From the NCBI GenBank assembly GCA_035532495.1, contig DATKQX010000062.1, positions 47,261-111,260 on the forward strand: a stretch of DNA of 64,000 bases, read 5' to 3'. Under the pieces are notes generated by a model, which was not told the origin of the DNA, made no database searches, and saw only the letters and a program-made list of their open reading frames with translations. Shown piece after piece: positions 7,254 through 16,625 of this stretch (its first letter is position 1; each line of letters opens with the position of its first letter). The translations under genes and the position numbers were made by a program. Origin of the DNA: Candidatus Saccharimonadales bacterium (GTDB lineage: Bacteria > Chloroflexota > Dormibacteria > Aeolococcales > Aeolococcaceae).

Positions 7254-9311
7254 TCACGCGGGTGGCGCGTCTATCGCCACCGGCTGGTTGTAGCTCGTGT
7301 AGGTGTCGGTCATGAAGTGACCCGGCGCGTCCATCTCGACCTTCCGCACGCGGCCGGCGCCGTCGATCCAGAAGGTGAACCACGTGGGCGTCGATGACTT
7401 GTTCCCGAAACTGGCGACGAGCGTGGTAGGGACACCACCGACGACTGCCCGACCAAGGATGTGCGGGTTGCTCAGCGGCGAGAAGAAGTCCCATGCGAAC
7501 GACGGAACGGTGTTCCGCGAGAGGCCGGCGTCGGCGTGCCAGGGATCGCCCGGCGCGCTGCGCGTGTATTGCGTGTCGCCGATGAAGATCGTCTGGCTCG
7601 TGCCCCCCACGGTCCACGTCGTCTTGTCAGGCGCCTCTGACGAGTAGTCAGCGCTGATTGTCGTGGTCCCCGAGCTCAGCACCTCGCTGTACCGATATGC
7701 GGACAGCCCGTGCATGGCAGCGTCCAGCTGAGCCAGCATCTGCGCACCGGAGGGCGCCGGAAGCGACGGAATCGTGAACGTCGCCTCGCCACCCCCCGGG
7801 TTCACCACGTCGACCGCGACAGTATCCCCGGCCTTGATGGTGATGGTCGCCCGGCGGCACGTATCCCCGCAGGGGACGAGTGCCTTGAACGCGTTGTTCA
7901 CCGAGATGTTCGCCAGCAGCGACTTGGCGGCGGCGGTTCCGGTGATGGGCAGGACGTACACGGTGGCCTTGTTCGGTCCCGCCGTGCCCGGCGAAAGGCT
8001 GAGACCCACCAGGACGCTCCCTGCCGGCGCGGCCATCGTCAGTTCCCCCGCTGCCGGCAGACCTGCCGTCGGCGCCAGCGCCGCGGCTTCGGCAGCCTGC
8101 TGCTCCGCACTGGTCGGTGGGGTCGGGAAGGACGCGAGCAGCGCAGCCGCTCCGATCGCGCAGGCTGCGATGCCGGCCTCCGCTCGGACATGCGGTCGCC
8201 CCAGTCGCCACGCCATCCACGAGAGCGGCAGCATGCACGCGATCAGCGCCATCTTTGCGAGCAGCACGCGGCCGTAATCGGTGCCGAACAGTGACTGCAG
8301 CGATCCGAGTTGCTCGATCGCCTCGAGACCACCGGCGACAACCGTTGTGCCGAAGGCCGCCAGCGCCACCGGCGTGAAGCGCCCGATCAGGCGGCGTGCG
8401 TCGGCTGACCGCCATCCCTCGGGGGGTCGCAACGCCGCAAGCGCGCCGATGCCACCTGCCCAGACGCCGGCTGCCACGAGGTGGACGGCGTCGAGAGCGA
8501 CCCCGAGCCACGCGGGTTGCACGCCCGCGGCATGACCCGCGGCGGCGAGGAGCACGAGCGTCGCAGCCAGGAAGACCGGGAGGACACGCCAGACACGCAC
8601 CACCGCGAGCAGGGTGAACGCCTCGAGGACGAGGCGGGCGATCAGGACCACGCCCGACCATCCAGCACCGAAAAACGCGAGGTACTCGGGGATGCTGTGG
8701 CCACCCGACGCGACGGTCGCCTGCGCCCAGACCACGACCAGTCCGGCTGACAACGCGATGCTCGCTGCCCGAAAGCCGGGTCGAACCCACAGCAACGGCG
8801 GGTCGCGGCGCGCCAGACGGCTCATCAGCACCTGCCCGGTCAGGAAGAGCAGCGCGAGCGCTTCAACCCATTTGACGATGCCGATCGCGATGTCCGATGT
8901 CTGCGGCCCCGGCACCGTGTTCTCCGCGTCCTGGGGCGACAGCCCGACCACGCCGACGTCGAAGGTGAACGCGCCGGTGATCCGATGGCCGTCGACCTGG
9001 CTCACCGATGCCCAGTTGACGGTGTAGATACCGGGGATGTTGGTCGCGAGTGGGACCCGGACCTCCTCGCCGCTGTCGACCTCGCCCTTCCAGTTGTGGC
9101 CGCTGGGATCGACGACGAAGGCGGAGGAGAGCTGTGCGTTGAGGGTCTGCGTGAACTCGAGGACCACCACGCCAGGCGTCGTCCCGAGGTGCGCGCCGGC
9201 CTGGGGGGAGGAGGAGCCGAGCTCCGCATGCGCTGAGACGGCGATCGGAAGGGCGAGGGCGGCGACCACGGCGATCAGGAGCGCGACGGCGCGGCGGACT
9301 CCCCGTGTCAC
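7254..9311 (-). CDS. CopC-CopD fusion copper resistance/transport protein with extra C-terminal domain
   Basis: Signal peptide from GTG 9311 (VTRGVRRAVALLIAVVAALALPIAVSAHA). CopC-like HAELGSSSPQAGAHL...SVSQVDGHRITGAFTFDV. It is followed by multiple TM helices (CopD-like) and a ~250-aa soluble tail. Confidence 0.75.
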   Translation of the reverse strand: MTRGVRRAVALLIAVVAALALPIAVSAHAELGSSSPQAGAHLGTTPGVVVLEFTQTLNAQLSSAFVVDPSGHNWKGEVDSGEEVRVPLATNIPGIYTVNWASVSQVDGHRITGAFTFDVGVVGLSPQDAENTVPGPQTSDIAIGIVKWVEALALLFLTGQVLMSRLARRDPPLLWVRPGFRAASIALSAGLVVVWAQATVASGGHSIPEYLAFFGAGWSGVVLIARLVLEAFTLLAVVRVWRVLPVFLAATLVLLAAAGHAAGVQPAWLGVALDAVHLVAAGVWAGGIGALAALRPPEGWRSADARRLIGRFTPVALAAFGTTVVAGGLEAIEQLGSLQSLFGTDYGRVLLAKMALIACMLPLSWMAWRLGRPHVRAEAGIAACAIGAAALLASFPTPPTSAEQQAAEAAALAPTAGLPAAGELTMAAPAGSVLVGLSLSPGTAGPNKATVYVLPITGTAAAKSLLANISVNNAFKALVPCGDTCRRATITIKAGDTVAVDVVNPGGGEATFTIPSLPAPSGAQMLAQLDAAMHGLSAYRYSEVLSSGTTTISADYSSEAPDKTTWTVGGTSQTIFIGDTQYTRSAPGDPWHADAGLSRNTVPSFAWDFFSPLSNPHILGRAVVGGVPTTLVASFGNKSSTPTWFTFWIDGAGRVRKVEMDAPGHFMTDTYTSYNQPVAIDAPPA

Positions 9312-9384
9312 GTTCCCATGATGGAGCAGCGCGTCCCGGCCACAGACGTGGCGCTCATGAGCGTTCGCCTCATAATCGGGCCGA

Positions 9385-10152
9385 GTGACCCAGGTAGCGT
9401 CGCCTCCGGAAGGATCGATCGCGCCCCTCCCCTGGTGGCGCGGAGCATGGCTCAGAGACACCATCGAGGTGTTGCTGATCGCAGTCGTGCTCTACATAGC
9501 GATCGCGTTCGCACTACAGACGGTTCGCGTCGACGGCGAGAGCATGGTGGGCACCCTCCAGAACCAGGACCTGCTGCTGGCCAGCAAGATCTCCTACGAC
9601 TTCGGGCAGAACCCGCAGCGCGGCGACATCGTGATCCTCATCCCACCGGCCGACCCGGCGCAGGATTTCATCAAGCGCGTCGTCGGCCTGCCCGGCGACG
9701 TCATCGAGATCAATGGCGATCACACGCCAACGCAGGTGCTCATCAAGCCGGGTGGGAAGGGCGCGTTCCAGGTGCTCGACGAGCCATATCTGCCGCAGGC
9801 GTGGACGACGCTCAAGGACTGCTGCATGACCAGCGGCCAGGCGTCATCGACGCCGCAGCCGATCACGATCCCGGCCAGCGAGTACTTCGTCATGGGCGAC
9901 AATCGCAACTTCTCGAGCGACTCGCGCGTGTTCGGGCTCGTTCCCCGCAAGAACATTCTGGCCAAGGCAATCCTGCGCATCTGGCCCCTCGACCACTTCG
10001 GCGGTCTCGGCGCGGGGCCGACATTCGAGCCGGCCTCGACCACCGAGATTGCCTTGCCCGCGCTCGGAATCGCCGCCTTCGAGTCGTGGCGGTGGCGGCG
10101 CCGGCGGATGCGCAGACGGGCTGCCGCACGCACAGCGCCCATCAACGACTGA
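9385..10152 (+). CDS. lepB: signal peptidase I
   Basis: Motifs VDGESM, RGDIV, IKRVVGLPGD and YFVMGDNRNFSSDSR. It has a C-terminal hydrophobic/basic extension. Confidence 0.9.
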   Translation: MTQVASPPEGSIAPLPWWRGAWLRDTIEVLLIAVVLYIAIAFALQTVRVDGESMVGTLQNQDLLLASKISYDFGQNPQRGDIVILIPPADPAQDFIKRVVGLPGDVIEINGDHTPTQVLIKPGGKGAFQVLDEPYLPQAWTTLKDCCMTSGQASSTPQPITIPASEYFVMGDNRNFSSDSRVFGLVPRKNILAKAILRIWPLDHFGGLGAGPTFEPASTTEIALPALGIAAFESWRWRRRRMRRRAAARTAPIND

Positions 10153-10164
10153 CGGACGGACGCC

Positions 10165-10620
10165 TCAGCCGCTGACCCACGTGCTGTCGGCGGCGCTCCA
10201 CTCGATGAGCTCGTCGGGTGTGAAGAAGAGGGCCACCTCGACGGCACCGCGCTCCGGGGCATCGCTGCCGTGCACCACGTTATTGCCAATGTTGACTGCA
10301 AGATCGCCGCGGATGCTGCCGGCGGCTGCGGCTGACGGGTTCGTCGCTCCCATCATGGCGCGCACCTGCGCGACGGCATCCACGCCCTCCCAGACCATCG
10401 CGACGACGGGAGCGGACGTGATGAACGCGACGAGGCCGTCGAAGAACGGCTTGCCGCGGTGCTCCGCGTAGTGGCGCTCGGCGAGGCTCCGGTCGATCCG
10501 CATCAGCTTCATCGCGACGACGTGCAGGCCGCGGCGCTCCAAGCGTCCGATCACCTCGCCGATGAGATGGCGCTGGACGCCGTCGGGCTTCACGAGGACG
10601 AGGGTTCGTTCGCTGCTCAC
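10165..10620 (-). CDS. ndk: nucleoside-diphosphate kinase
   Basis: ERTLVLVKPDGVQR, GATNP and NVVHGSD active-site region. GTG 10620 is preferred because it avoids overlap with the upstream gene. Confidence 0.9.
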   Translation of the reverse strand: MSSERTLVLVKPDGVQRHLIGEVIGRLERRGLHVVAMKLMRIDRSLAERHYAEHRGKPFFDGLVAFITSAPVVAMVWEGVDAVAQVRAMMGATNPSAAAAGSIRGDLAVNIGNNVVHGSDAPERGAVEVALFFTPDELIEWSAADSTWVSG

Positions 10621-10645
10621 GGCGCGCAAGTCTGACACGCGCGCA

Positions 10646-11917
10646 TCACGCGATCGCCTTCTCGAACTTGGCCTCACTGCGGAACGGCCCGACGACTGCC
10701 GCGCGCAGACCGGACGAGAGCAGCCGGCCCGCGAGCGCTCGCACGTCGGCTGCGTCGACCGCCTCCAGCCGGGAGACGAGCTCCTCGGGCTCGACGATGT
10801 GACCCTGGAGGAGCAGCTGCTGGCCCGCGTACTCGCAGAGCGCCGACGTGCTCTCGAGCCCGAGGAGCAGACGCCCCTTGGTGTATTCGATGGCCTTGGT
10901 CAGCTCGGCGTCGCCCACGGGCTCCTCCGCAAGTCTGCGGAGCTCCGCGATCGCGGCCTCGAGCGCGGTCGCCGCCCGGCGCGGCTCGCACGCGAGGCCG
11001 ATGCCGAGCACCCCTGTGTCCGACAGCCGCGACATGAACGAGTGCACGTCGTAGACAAGCCCGCGATGCTCGCGCAACTCAAGGAACAGCCGGCTCGACA
11101 TCCCCTCGCCGAGGATGACGTTGAGGATGTCGGCGACGTGGCGCTCCGGGTCGTTGTACGACGGCGCGCGGACGCCGACAAGGATGTTCGCCTGCTCTGC
11201 GCTTCGCCTGATCAGGCGAAGGCCCGGGCCGGACGGCGGTGTCGCGGGCACCGCGGCCTCCGGTGTCGCGCGCGCCGCCGTCGCCCACGGTCCGATCGCG
11301 TCATTGATCATCTCCGCCGCCTGGGTTGTCTCGAAACCGCCGGCGACGCTGACGACAAGCGTCGAGGGGAGCAGATGTTGCTCGAGGTGGACGCGGCAGT
11401 CCTCGCCGGTGAACTCGGCGACGGTTTCCTCCCGGCCGGCGACGTCCCAGCCAAGCGGGTGGTCCGGCCACATCACCTCGTCGAAAAGGATCTGCACGTA
11501 GTCCTGGGGGTTGTCCTGGTACATGCGAAGCTCTTCGATCACGACCTGGCGCTCCTTGATGACCTCGGCAGGGTCGAGCGTGGGGCTGAGCAGCATGTCG
11601 CCGAGCACCGATACGGCGACCCCGAGCTTGTCCGCGGGCACCCGCGTCCAGAACACGGTTGCCTCACGATCGGTCGCGGCATTGAGGACACCGCCGACGC
11701 CCTCGATGGCCTCGCTGACGTCCCGCGCCGTCGGATAGCGCGCTCCGCCTTTGAAGACCATGTGCTCGACGAAGTGGCTGATCCCGCTGTTGGAGAGCCG
11801 CTCGTACCGCGATCCGACCGCGACCATGAACGCCACCGCGACCGAGGTGCGGCCGGGCAGCGGGACAGCGGTGAGGCGCGTCCCTCCGGCGAGGGGCTCG
11901 ACGGCGAATCCGGTCAG
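10646..11917 (-). CDS. M16 (pitrilysin/insulinase) family zinc peptidase
   Basis: HxxEH zinc motif in GISHFVEHMVFKG. Family-typical sequence (GTRLTAVPLPGRTSVAVAFMVAVGSRYE) continues upstream of the track start (GTG 11836) with no ATG/GTG/TTG. CTG 11917-11915 overlaps the jag stop as CTGA. Confidence 0.8.
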   Translation of the reverse strand: MTGFAVEPLAGGTRLTAVPLPGRTSVAVAFMVAVGSRYERLSNSGISHFVEHMVFKGGARYPTARDVSEAIEGVGGVLNAATDREATVFWTRVPADKLGVAVSVLGDMLLSPTLDPAEVIKERQVVIEELRMYQDNPQDYVQILFDEVMWPDHPLGWDVAGREETVAEFTGEDCRVHLEQHLLPSTLVVSVAGGFETTQAAEMINDAIGPWATAARATPEAAVPATPPSGPGLRLIRRSAEQANILVGVRAPSYNDPERHVADILNVILGEGMSSRLFLELREHRGLVYDVHSFMSRLSDTGVLGIGLACEPRRAATALEAAIAELRRLAEEPVGDAELTKAIEYTKGRLLLGLESTSALCEYAGQQLLLQGHIVEPEELVSRLEAVDAADVRALAGRLLSSGLRAAVVGPFRSEAKFEKAIA

Positions 11918-12672
11918 TACGACCGCCCGGCTGAGCGGCCCTGGCGGGCTCCTTCGAATCGTTCCGGCGGGCCACCCTGTGCCGGGCCCGTGGGATTGAT
12001 GACCACGCGCCGTGCGGGCTCCGCCCCGGAGCTCTCCGTGGTGACACCCGGATCGTCGGCGAGGGTCATGTGAATGACGCGACGCTCGTATGCGTGCATC
12101 GGATCCAGCGTGTACGCCTCGCCGGTCCGCTTCACCCGAAGCGCGAGGCGCTCGGCGAGCTCGCGCACCTGGTCCTCACGGCGCGCGCGGTAGCGCTCGA
12201 CGTCGAGGATGACCCGGCGGCTCTCCACGCCCTCCTCCCCGATCATCAGATTGAGCGCGGTCTGCAGGGATCGCAACGTCTCGCCCCGCCAGCCGATCAA
12301 CAGGCCGAGATCGTCGCCGGCTATGTCGAGGATCACAGGACCCCCCGATGACGAGCCGGCCGTGCCGGTTCCACGTCGAACGCTCACCCGGCACGGCACC
12401 TCCATGCGCGTGAGCAACTCCTCGAGCAGCGCTCTGGCGTTCGCGGCATGCTCGTCGATCCGGTACACGCGAACACGTCGCTCTCCAGTCGACAGTCGCT
12501 CGCCGGGGAGCGCGCGACTCTCTGCGGAAAGCACCTGCACTTCCACCTGCTCGCGATTCGCACCGAGCTGCGCGAGCGCATTGCTCACCGCCTCCTCGAT
12601 CGTCGCCCCTCGCGCCTCGACCCCGTCCTCGGACTCCACTGCCGTCTCCGGAAACCTTCTCTCACTCACCAC
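11914..12672 (-). CDS. jag: Jag/KhpB-type RNA-binding protein (Jag_N, KH, R3H)
   Basis: Position after yidC. VEARGATIEEAVSNALAQLG (Jag_N-like), LLIGWRGETLRSLQ (KH GxxG) and YERRVIHMTL (R3H). GTG 12672 lies 19 nt after the yidC stop. Confidence 0.8.
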   Translation of the reverse strand: MVSERRFPETAVESEDGVEARGATIEEAVSNALAQLGANREQVEVQVLSAESRALPGERLSTGERRVRVYRIDEHAANARALLEELLTRMEVPCRVSVRRGTGTAGSSSGGPVILDIAGDDLGLLIGWRGETLRSLQTALNLMIGEEGVESRRVILDVERYRARREDQVRELAERLALRVKRTGEAYTLDPMHAYERRVIHMTLADDPGVTTESSGAEPARRVVINPTGPAQGGPPERFEGARQGRSAGRSY

Positions 12673-12691
12673 GTACTCTCCCAGCGCCGTG

Positions 12692-13846
12692 TCAGCGACG
12701 CCGCCTCCGTCTATTCGGCCGGTTGGGTCGGGCCAGCGAGCGCGCCTGGGCGCTTGGCGACCGTCCTGATTCGTCTGCATCCTCGGCCGGAGCGGCGCCG
12801 TTGGCATCGGCCGCGGCGCTGCCGTTCCTGGTCCCATTCCTGGTGCCGTTCTTGGCGCCCGGACCTGCGATCTTCCTCGTGGCACTCGTGGCGTTCTTGC
12901 CGTCTCCGTCGATGAGCGCCGCCTTTTTGGCGCCGGCTGACCCCTTGGTCGGCGTGGCCGGCGTGCGCGGAATCGTCAGCGCCGTCACGCGGCGGGCCCC
13001 CGGGAACCACGCCGGCACCTTGAGGCCGTTCCAGCCGAGCAGGTGGTATTGCTGCGCGACCATGAACATCGTGCCGGTCACCCAGTAGATCGCAAGCCCC
13101 TCCGGGAAGAGGAAGCTGAACGCGAAGATCATCACCGGGAAGATCAGCGACATCTGCTTGGTCACGCCCTGCATCGAGCGCTCCTGGTCGGACATGTCGG
13201 GGCGCGACGGCGGCATCATCATTCGCGACTGGGCGAAGGTGAACGCGCCGGCGAGAAGCGGCAGGATGAGCAGTTGGGGCTGGGTGAGGAGTCCGGCAAG
13301 CCCGTGCGGCGCGTTGCAGCAGGCTTCCTGGGCGGAAAGGGTGACGTTGTGGATCCAGAGGAATCCGCTGTTGCCCGGCGGAATCACGCCATGTCCGGGT
13401 GTGGTGGTGTTGGTGAAAGCACGGATCGACTGGTAGAGGCCGATCAGCACCGGCATCTGGACGAGAGCCGGGATGCACCCGGTGAGGCTCGAGAACGGGC
13501 TGATGCCGTGCTCCTTGTAGAGCGCGTTCATCTCCTGGCTCAGCCGCTGCGGCTCTTTCTTGTACTTCTTGCGCAGCTCCTGCAACTGTGGGGCGACGAG
13601 TCGTTGCTCTGCCTGGATCCGCCGTGATGTGCGCAGCTGCCATCCGAAGACCGGGAACAGCACCGCTCGGATCGCGATCGTCAGCGTCATCACCGCGAGG
13701 CCGAACGCGCCGATGGCCTTCAGCGGCCCAACGGTCGCATAGAAGTTGACAAGCTGCTGGAGCGCGATCTGGAACGGGGTCTCGAGGATGGAGAAGATCG
13801 AGAGCGGGTTGAACCCGCCGGACGTGGGGACGGCGGCGCCAATCAC
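12692..13846 (-). CDS. yidC: membrane protein insertase YidC with basic C-terminal tail
   Basis: [32 protein letters not shown] and PVLIGLYQ motifs. GTG 13846 overlaps the yidD stop (GTGA). Confidence 0.9.
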   Translation of the reverse strand: MIGAAVPTSGGFNPLSIFSILETPFQIALQQLVNFYATVGPLKAIGAFGLAVMTLTIAIRAVLFPVFGWQLRTSRRIQAEQRLVAPQLQELRKKYKKEPQRLSQEMNALYKEHGISPFSSLTGCIPALVQMPVLIGLYQSIRAFTNTTTPGHGVIPPGNSGFLWIHNVTLSAQEACCNAPHGLAGLLTQPQLLILPLLAGAFTFAQSRMMMPPSRPDMSDQERSMQGVTKQMSLIFPVMIFAFSFLFPEGLAIYWVTGTMFMVAQQYHLLGWNGLKVPAWFPGARRVTALTIPRTPATPTKGSAGAKKAALIDGDGKNATSATRKIAGPGAKNGTRNGTRNGSAAADANGAAPAEDADESGRSPSAQARSLARPNRPNRRRRRR

Positions 13847-14127
13847 GCCGCGCTCCCGGGCTGCGTCGCGTCGCGATGATGCCGACGCGCCGCGCGCCAG
13901 CTCACGTAGGTCTCGGGCACTGGATCGAAGCCGCCTTCGTGAAATGGATGGCAGCGGGAAATGCGACGGATCGCCAGCCACCAGCCGCGACGCGCCCCGA
14001 AGCGCTGGATCGCCTCATAGCCGTAGTGCGAGCAGGTCGGCTCATAGCGACAGCTGCTCATCATCCCGAAGAGCGGCCCGATGGTCACCTGGTACGCTCG
14101 GATGAACAGCAGGCTGAGGCGTCTCAC
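13843..14127 (-). CDS. yidD: membrane protein insertion efficiency factor YidD
   Basis: [19 protein letters not shown]...[20 protein letters not shown] 14127 overlaps the rnpA stop (GTGA). Confidence 0.85.
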   Translation of the reverse strand: MRRLSLLFIRAYQVTIGPLFGMMSSCRYEPTCSHYGYEAIQRFGARRGWWLAIRRISRCHPFHEGGFDPVPETYVSWRAARRHHRDATQPGSAA

Positions 14128-14459
14128 GTGTGCACCCTGGGTGCGACCGTCCCGATGGCGGTCGCGAGCGCGGCCCGAAGATCGGTGAAGGGCATCTCGC
14201 TGGCGCTGCCCGGCAAACTCACGACAAGGTCGAGTCTGGGCCACTCCAGCAGCAGTGGGGCGATTGCAGCGCGAAGCCGGCGCTTCGCCCGGTTGCGACG
14301 GATGGCCCCGCCGGCGCCGGGCACGGCGAATGCCACGCGTGACGTGGCCTCATGTCCTTCGACCGCTCGAAGGCGAATCACTCCTGAACGGGCCTCACTG
14401 CCAGCTTCACGCACCACGGCAATCCGGCGTCGCCCGGAAAGGCGATGCCGCCGGTTCAT
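14124..14459 (-). CDS. rnpA: ribonuclease P protein component
   Basis: [13 protein letters not shown]... and [12 protein letters not shown] motif. ATG 14459 overlaps the rpmH stop (ATGA). Confidence 0.85.
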   Translation of the reverse strand: MNRRHRLSGRRRIAVVREAGSEARSGVIRLRAVEGHEATSRVAFAVPGAGGAIRRNRAKRRLRAAIAPLLLEWPRLDLVVSLPGSASEMPFTDLRAALATAIGTVAPRVHT

Positions 14460-14602
14460 CGCGTCGGAGCCGGCGTCAGGCGCTTGCGGCCCTTGCGGCG
14501 ACGTGCCTTCAGCACCTGGCGCCCTCCGGGCGTCGACATGCGGATACGAAACCCGTGCGTCTTGCGCCGGTATTTCTTCTTGGGTTGGTACGTCCGCTTG
14601 AT
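14456..14602 (-). CDS. rpmH: 50S ribosomal protein L34, apparent ATC start codon
   Basis: Too short for the track. Manual translation gives (I)[47 protein letters not shown]. The codon at the conserved Met position is ATC, with GGGGAG 6 nt upstream. There is no in-frame ATG/GTG/TTG back to the upstream TGA. Confidence 0.85.
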   Translation of the reverse strand: MKRTYQPKKKYRRKTHGFRIRMSTPGGRQVLKARRRKGRKRLTPAPTR

Positions 14603-14675
14603 GGCCGTCTCCCCGAGACATTGATCGCGTCGGGGGCGCTCAAGGCGCCGCTGAGCCCGACGGGGTTGCCGGGCG

Positions 14676-14684
14676 AGTATACCA
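14676..14684 (-). promoter_or_regulatory. extended -10-like element TGgTATACT upstream of rpmH
   Basis: Reverse complement of 14676-14684 reads TGGTATACT, about 75 nt upstream of the rpmH start. No clear -35 was identified. Confidence 0.4.
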
Positions 14685-14864
14685 AGGCGACAGGCCGCGA
14701 CCCGTCAGAGCGGCTCCCAACGGGACTGATCGACCGCCGTCGAGGTGACGCGCTCGCGCCGCTTGTGACTGGGGCCGCGCATTGTTAGACTCCGCAGGCT
14801 GCAGCGGGAGCGGGAGTTCTTCCATTCGTCTCACCAAGCCCCCCGGCCACCAGCGGCCATGCAT

Positions 14865-14895
14865 TTATCCACTTCTGTGCACAAGTTGTGGACAA
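14865..14895. promoter_or_regulatory. two DnaA-box-like 9-mers upstream of dnaA
   Basis: TTATCCACT (14865-14873, 8/9 to TTATCCACA) and TGTGGACAA (14887-14895, reverse complement TTGTCCACA, the form I recall for high-GC Gram-positives). Confidence 0.6.
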
Positions 14896-15014
14896 CTGCC
14901 CTGTGTCGGAATGGCGAACCCGAGGAACGAGTGGATCGAACAGTGGCCGGTATCGTTGGCGACCAGCCGGTGCGGCCGGAGCCCGTTTTGGACAGCGTGA
15001 GCTCGACCGCGAGC

Positions 15015-16367
15015 ATGGACCCGCAGCAGCTCTGGCAGGTCGCCCAGGAGGAGTTGCGCTTCCAGGTGGTCAAACCCGGATACGAAGCGTGGCTCGCGAA
15101 CGCAGTCCTCGTGGATTCTGATGGGCACACGTTCACGGTGGGAGTACCGACGATCTTCGCCCGTGATTGGGTGAGCGAGCGTTACGTGCCCATCATTCGC
15201 GAGACCCTGTCGGGTGTCCTCGGCCGCGACTGCGAGGTCGTCATCACCGTCGATCCCGAATCGTCGCCGCCGCCTGAGGCGCCGCCGCATCTTCCGGACC
15301 CGACGTACGCACACGTCAGCGAGCCCGAGGATGGCGCCAACGACTCGCGGCTGAACCCCAATTTCACCTTCAGCACATTTGTCGTCGGCAACTCATCGCG
15401 TTTCGCGCATGCGGCCTGTCGCGCCGTTGCCGAGGCACCGGGCAAAGCGTACAACCCGTTGTTCCTGTACGGCGGTGTCGGTCTCGGCAAGACGCATCTC
15501 ATGCATGCGATCGGACATGCGGTGCGCGAGACGCACCGGCATGCGAAGGTCGCCTACGTCACGTCCGAGAAATTCATGAACGAGATGGTCGCGTCGATCG
15601 TCGAGAACCGCCCGGCGGAATTTCGTATGCGGTACCGGGGTGTCGACGTGCTGCTCATCGACGACATCCAGTTCCTCGCCGGCAAGGACCACACCCGTGA
15701 GGAGTTCTTTCACACCTTCAACGCCCTGCAGGAATTCCAGAAGCAGATCGTGGTGAGCAGCGACCGGCCGCCGAAGGATATCCCGACACTCGAGGACCGT
15801 CTGCGGAGCCGGTTCGAAGGCGGGTTGATGGCGGACATCCAGCCGCCGGATTTCGAGACCCGGCTTGCGATTCTCAACACCAAGCTCGGGCCGTACAGCA
15901 AGCTCGTCCCCGACGAGGTGTGCTCGTTCATAGCCCACCGCATTCAGAAGAACATTCGCGAGCTGGAGGGTGCGCTCATCCGCGTGCTCGCGCACGCGTC
16001 GATCAACGGTCAGCAGATCACCCTTGAAGCGGCGCAACAGATCCTCAAGGACGTCATCCCTGTGCACGACTCCACACCGCTCAGCATCGAGACCATCCAG
16101 CTGTCAGTCGCAGCCCACTACGGCATTTCCGTCGAGGAGATGAAGGGAAAACGTCGCGACAAGAACATCGTCTTCCCGCGCCAGGTTGCGATGTACCTGA
16201 TCCGCGAGGAAACGGAGTCGTCGCTGCCGGTGATCGGCACCGCATTCGGTGGCCGTGACCACACCACCGCATTGCACGCGATCGAGAAGATCACCGAGCT
16301 CATGCGCGAGGACGTCCGTCTTCAGGGTGAGGTGCGCGTCATCCGTGAGCACCTCCACAGCCGTTGA
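15015..16367 (+). CDS. dnaA: chromosomal replication initiator DnaA
   Basis: Walker A GGVGLGKTHL, FRMRYRGVDVLLIDDIQF, and C-terminal DNA-binding region KRRDKNIVFPRQVAMYL...GGRDHTTALHA. Start is ATG 15015 (or GTG 14997). The upstream part of the track ORF covers the DnaA boxes and is probably non-coding. Confidence 0.95.
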   Translation: MDPQQLWQVAQEELRFQVVKPGYEAWLANAVLVDSDGHTFTVGVPTIFARDWVSERYVPIIRETLSGVLGRDCEVVITVDPESSPPPEAPPHLPDPTYAHVSEPEDGANDSRLNPNFTFSTFVVGNSSRFAHAACRAVAEAPGKAYNPLFLYGGVGLGKTHLMHAIGHAVRETHRHAKVAYVTSEKFMNEMVASIVENRPAEFRMRYRGVDVLLIDDIQFLAGKDHTREEFFHTFNALQEFQKQIVVSSDRPPKDIPTLEDRLRSRFEGGLMADIQPPDFETRLAILNTKLGPYSKLVPDEVCSFIAHRIQKNIRELEGALIRVLAHASINGQQITLEAAQQILKDVIPVHDSTPLSIETIQLSVAAHYGISVEEMKGKRRDKNIVFPRQVAMYLIREETESSLPVIGTAFGGRDHTTALHAIEKITELMREDVRLQGEVRVIREHLHSR

Positions 16368-16625
16368 CATCCCTGTGGGCGCGCAGCGCGCAGAGATGTG
16401 GACAACGTGCACGACCGCGTTCCCGGTGGACAACCGGTGGACAACAGCACCCACTTCCGCACAGGCCATACATGACATTGAGGCCGCTGTGAGATCGACC
16501 GTGCGGTTGTCCCCCGTGTCCCCACTACTACATCGTCTACTGGTTTCTAGACTCTGGAAGTCATACTCATTAACCCTGGTGATACACCACTCGGTGACAA
16601 CGCACGATCCGGAGAGGAGCCGTCC
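16368..16625. other. candidate oriC (dnaA-dnaN intergenic region)
   Basis: TGTGGACAA 16397-16405, and GGTGGACAA at 16425-16433 and 16436-16444. Degenerate boxes TTGTCCCCC and GTGTCCCCA sit near 16506-16523. CTA-CTA-CAT-CGT-CTA-CTG runs 16525-16542. The locally AT-richest stretch of the window is ~16540-16590. Confidence 0.7.

Noticed and set aside
10562-12073. 503-aa plus-strand ORF
   Set aside because: It is antisense to the M16 peptidase and jag genes, and is Arg-rich.
12692-12960. Lys/Arg/Gly/Asn-rich repeat region (GTRNGTRNG...RRRRRR) at the yidC 3' end as a separate gene or repeat element
   Set aside because: It is continuous with the YidC frame. Basic C-terminal tails are a known feature of Gram-positive-type YidC proteins.
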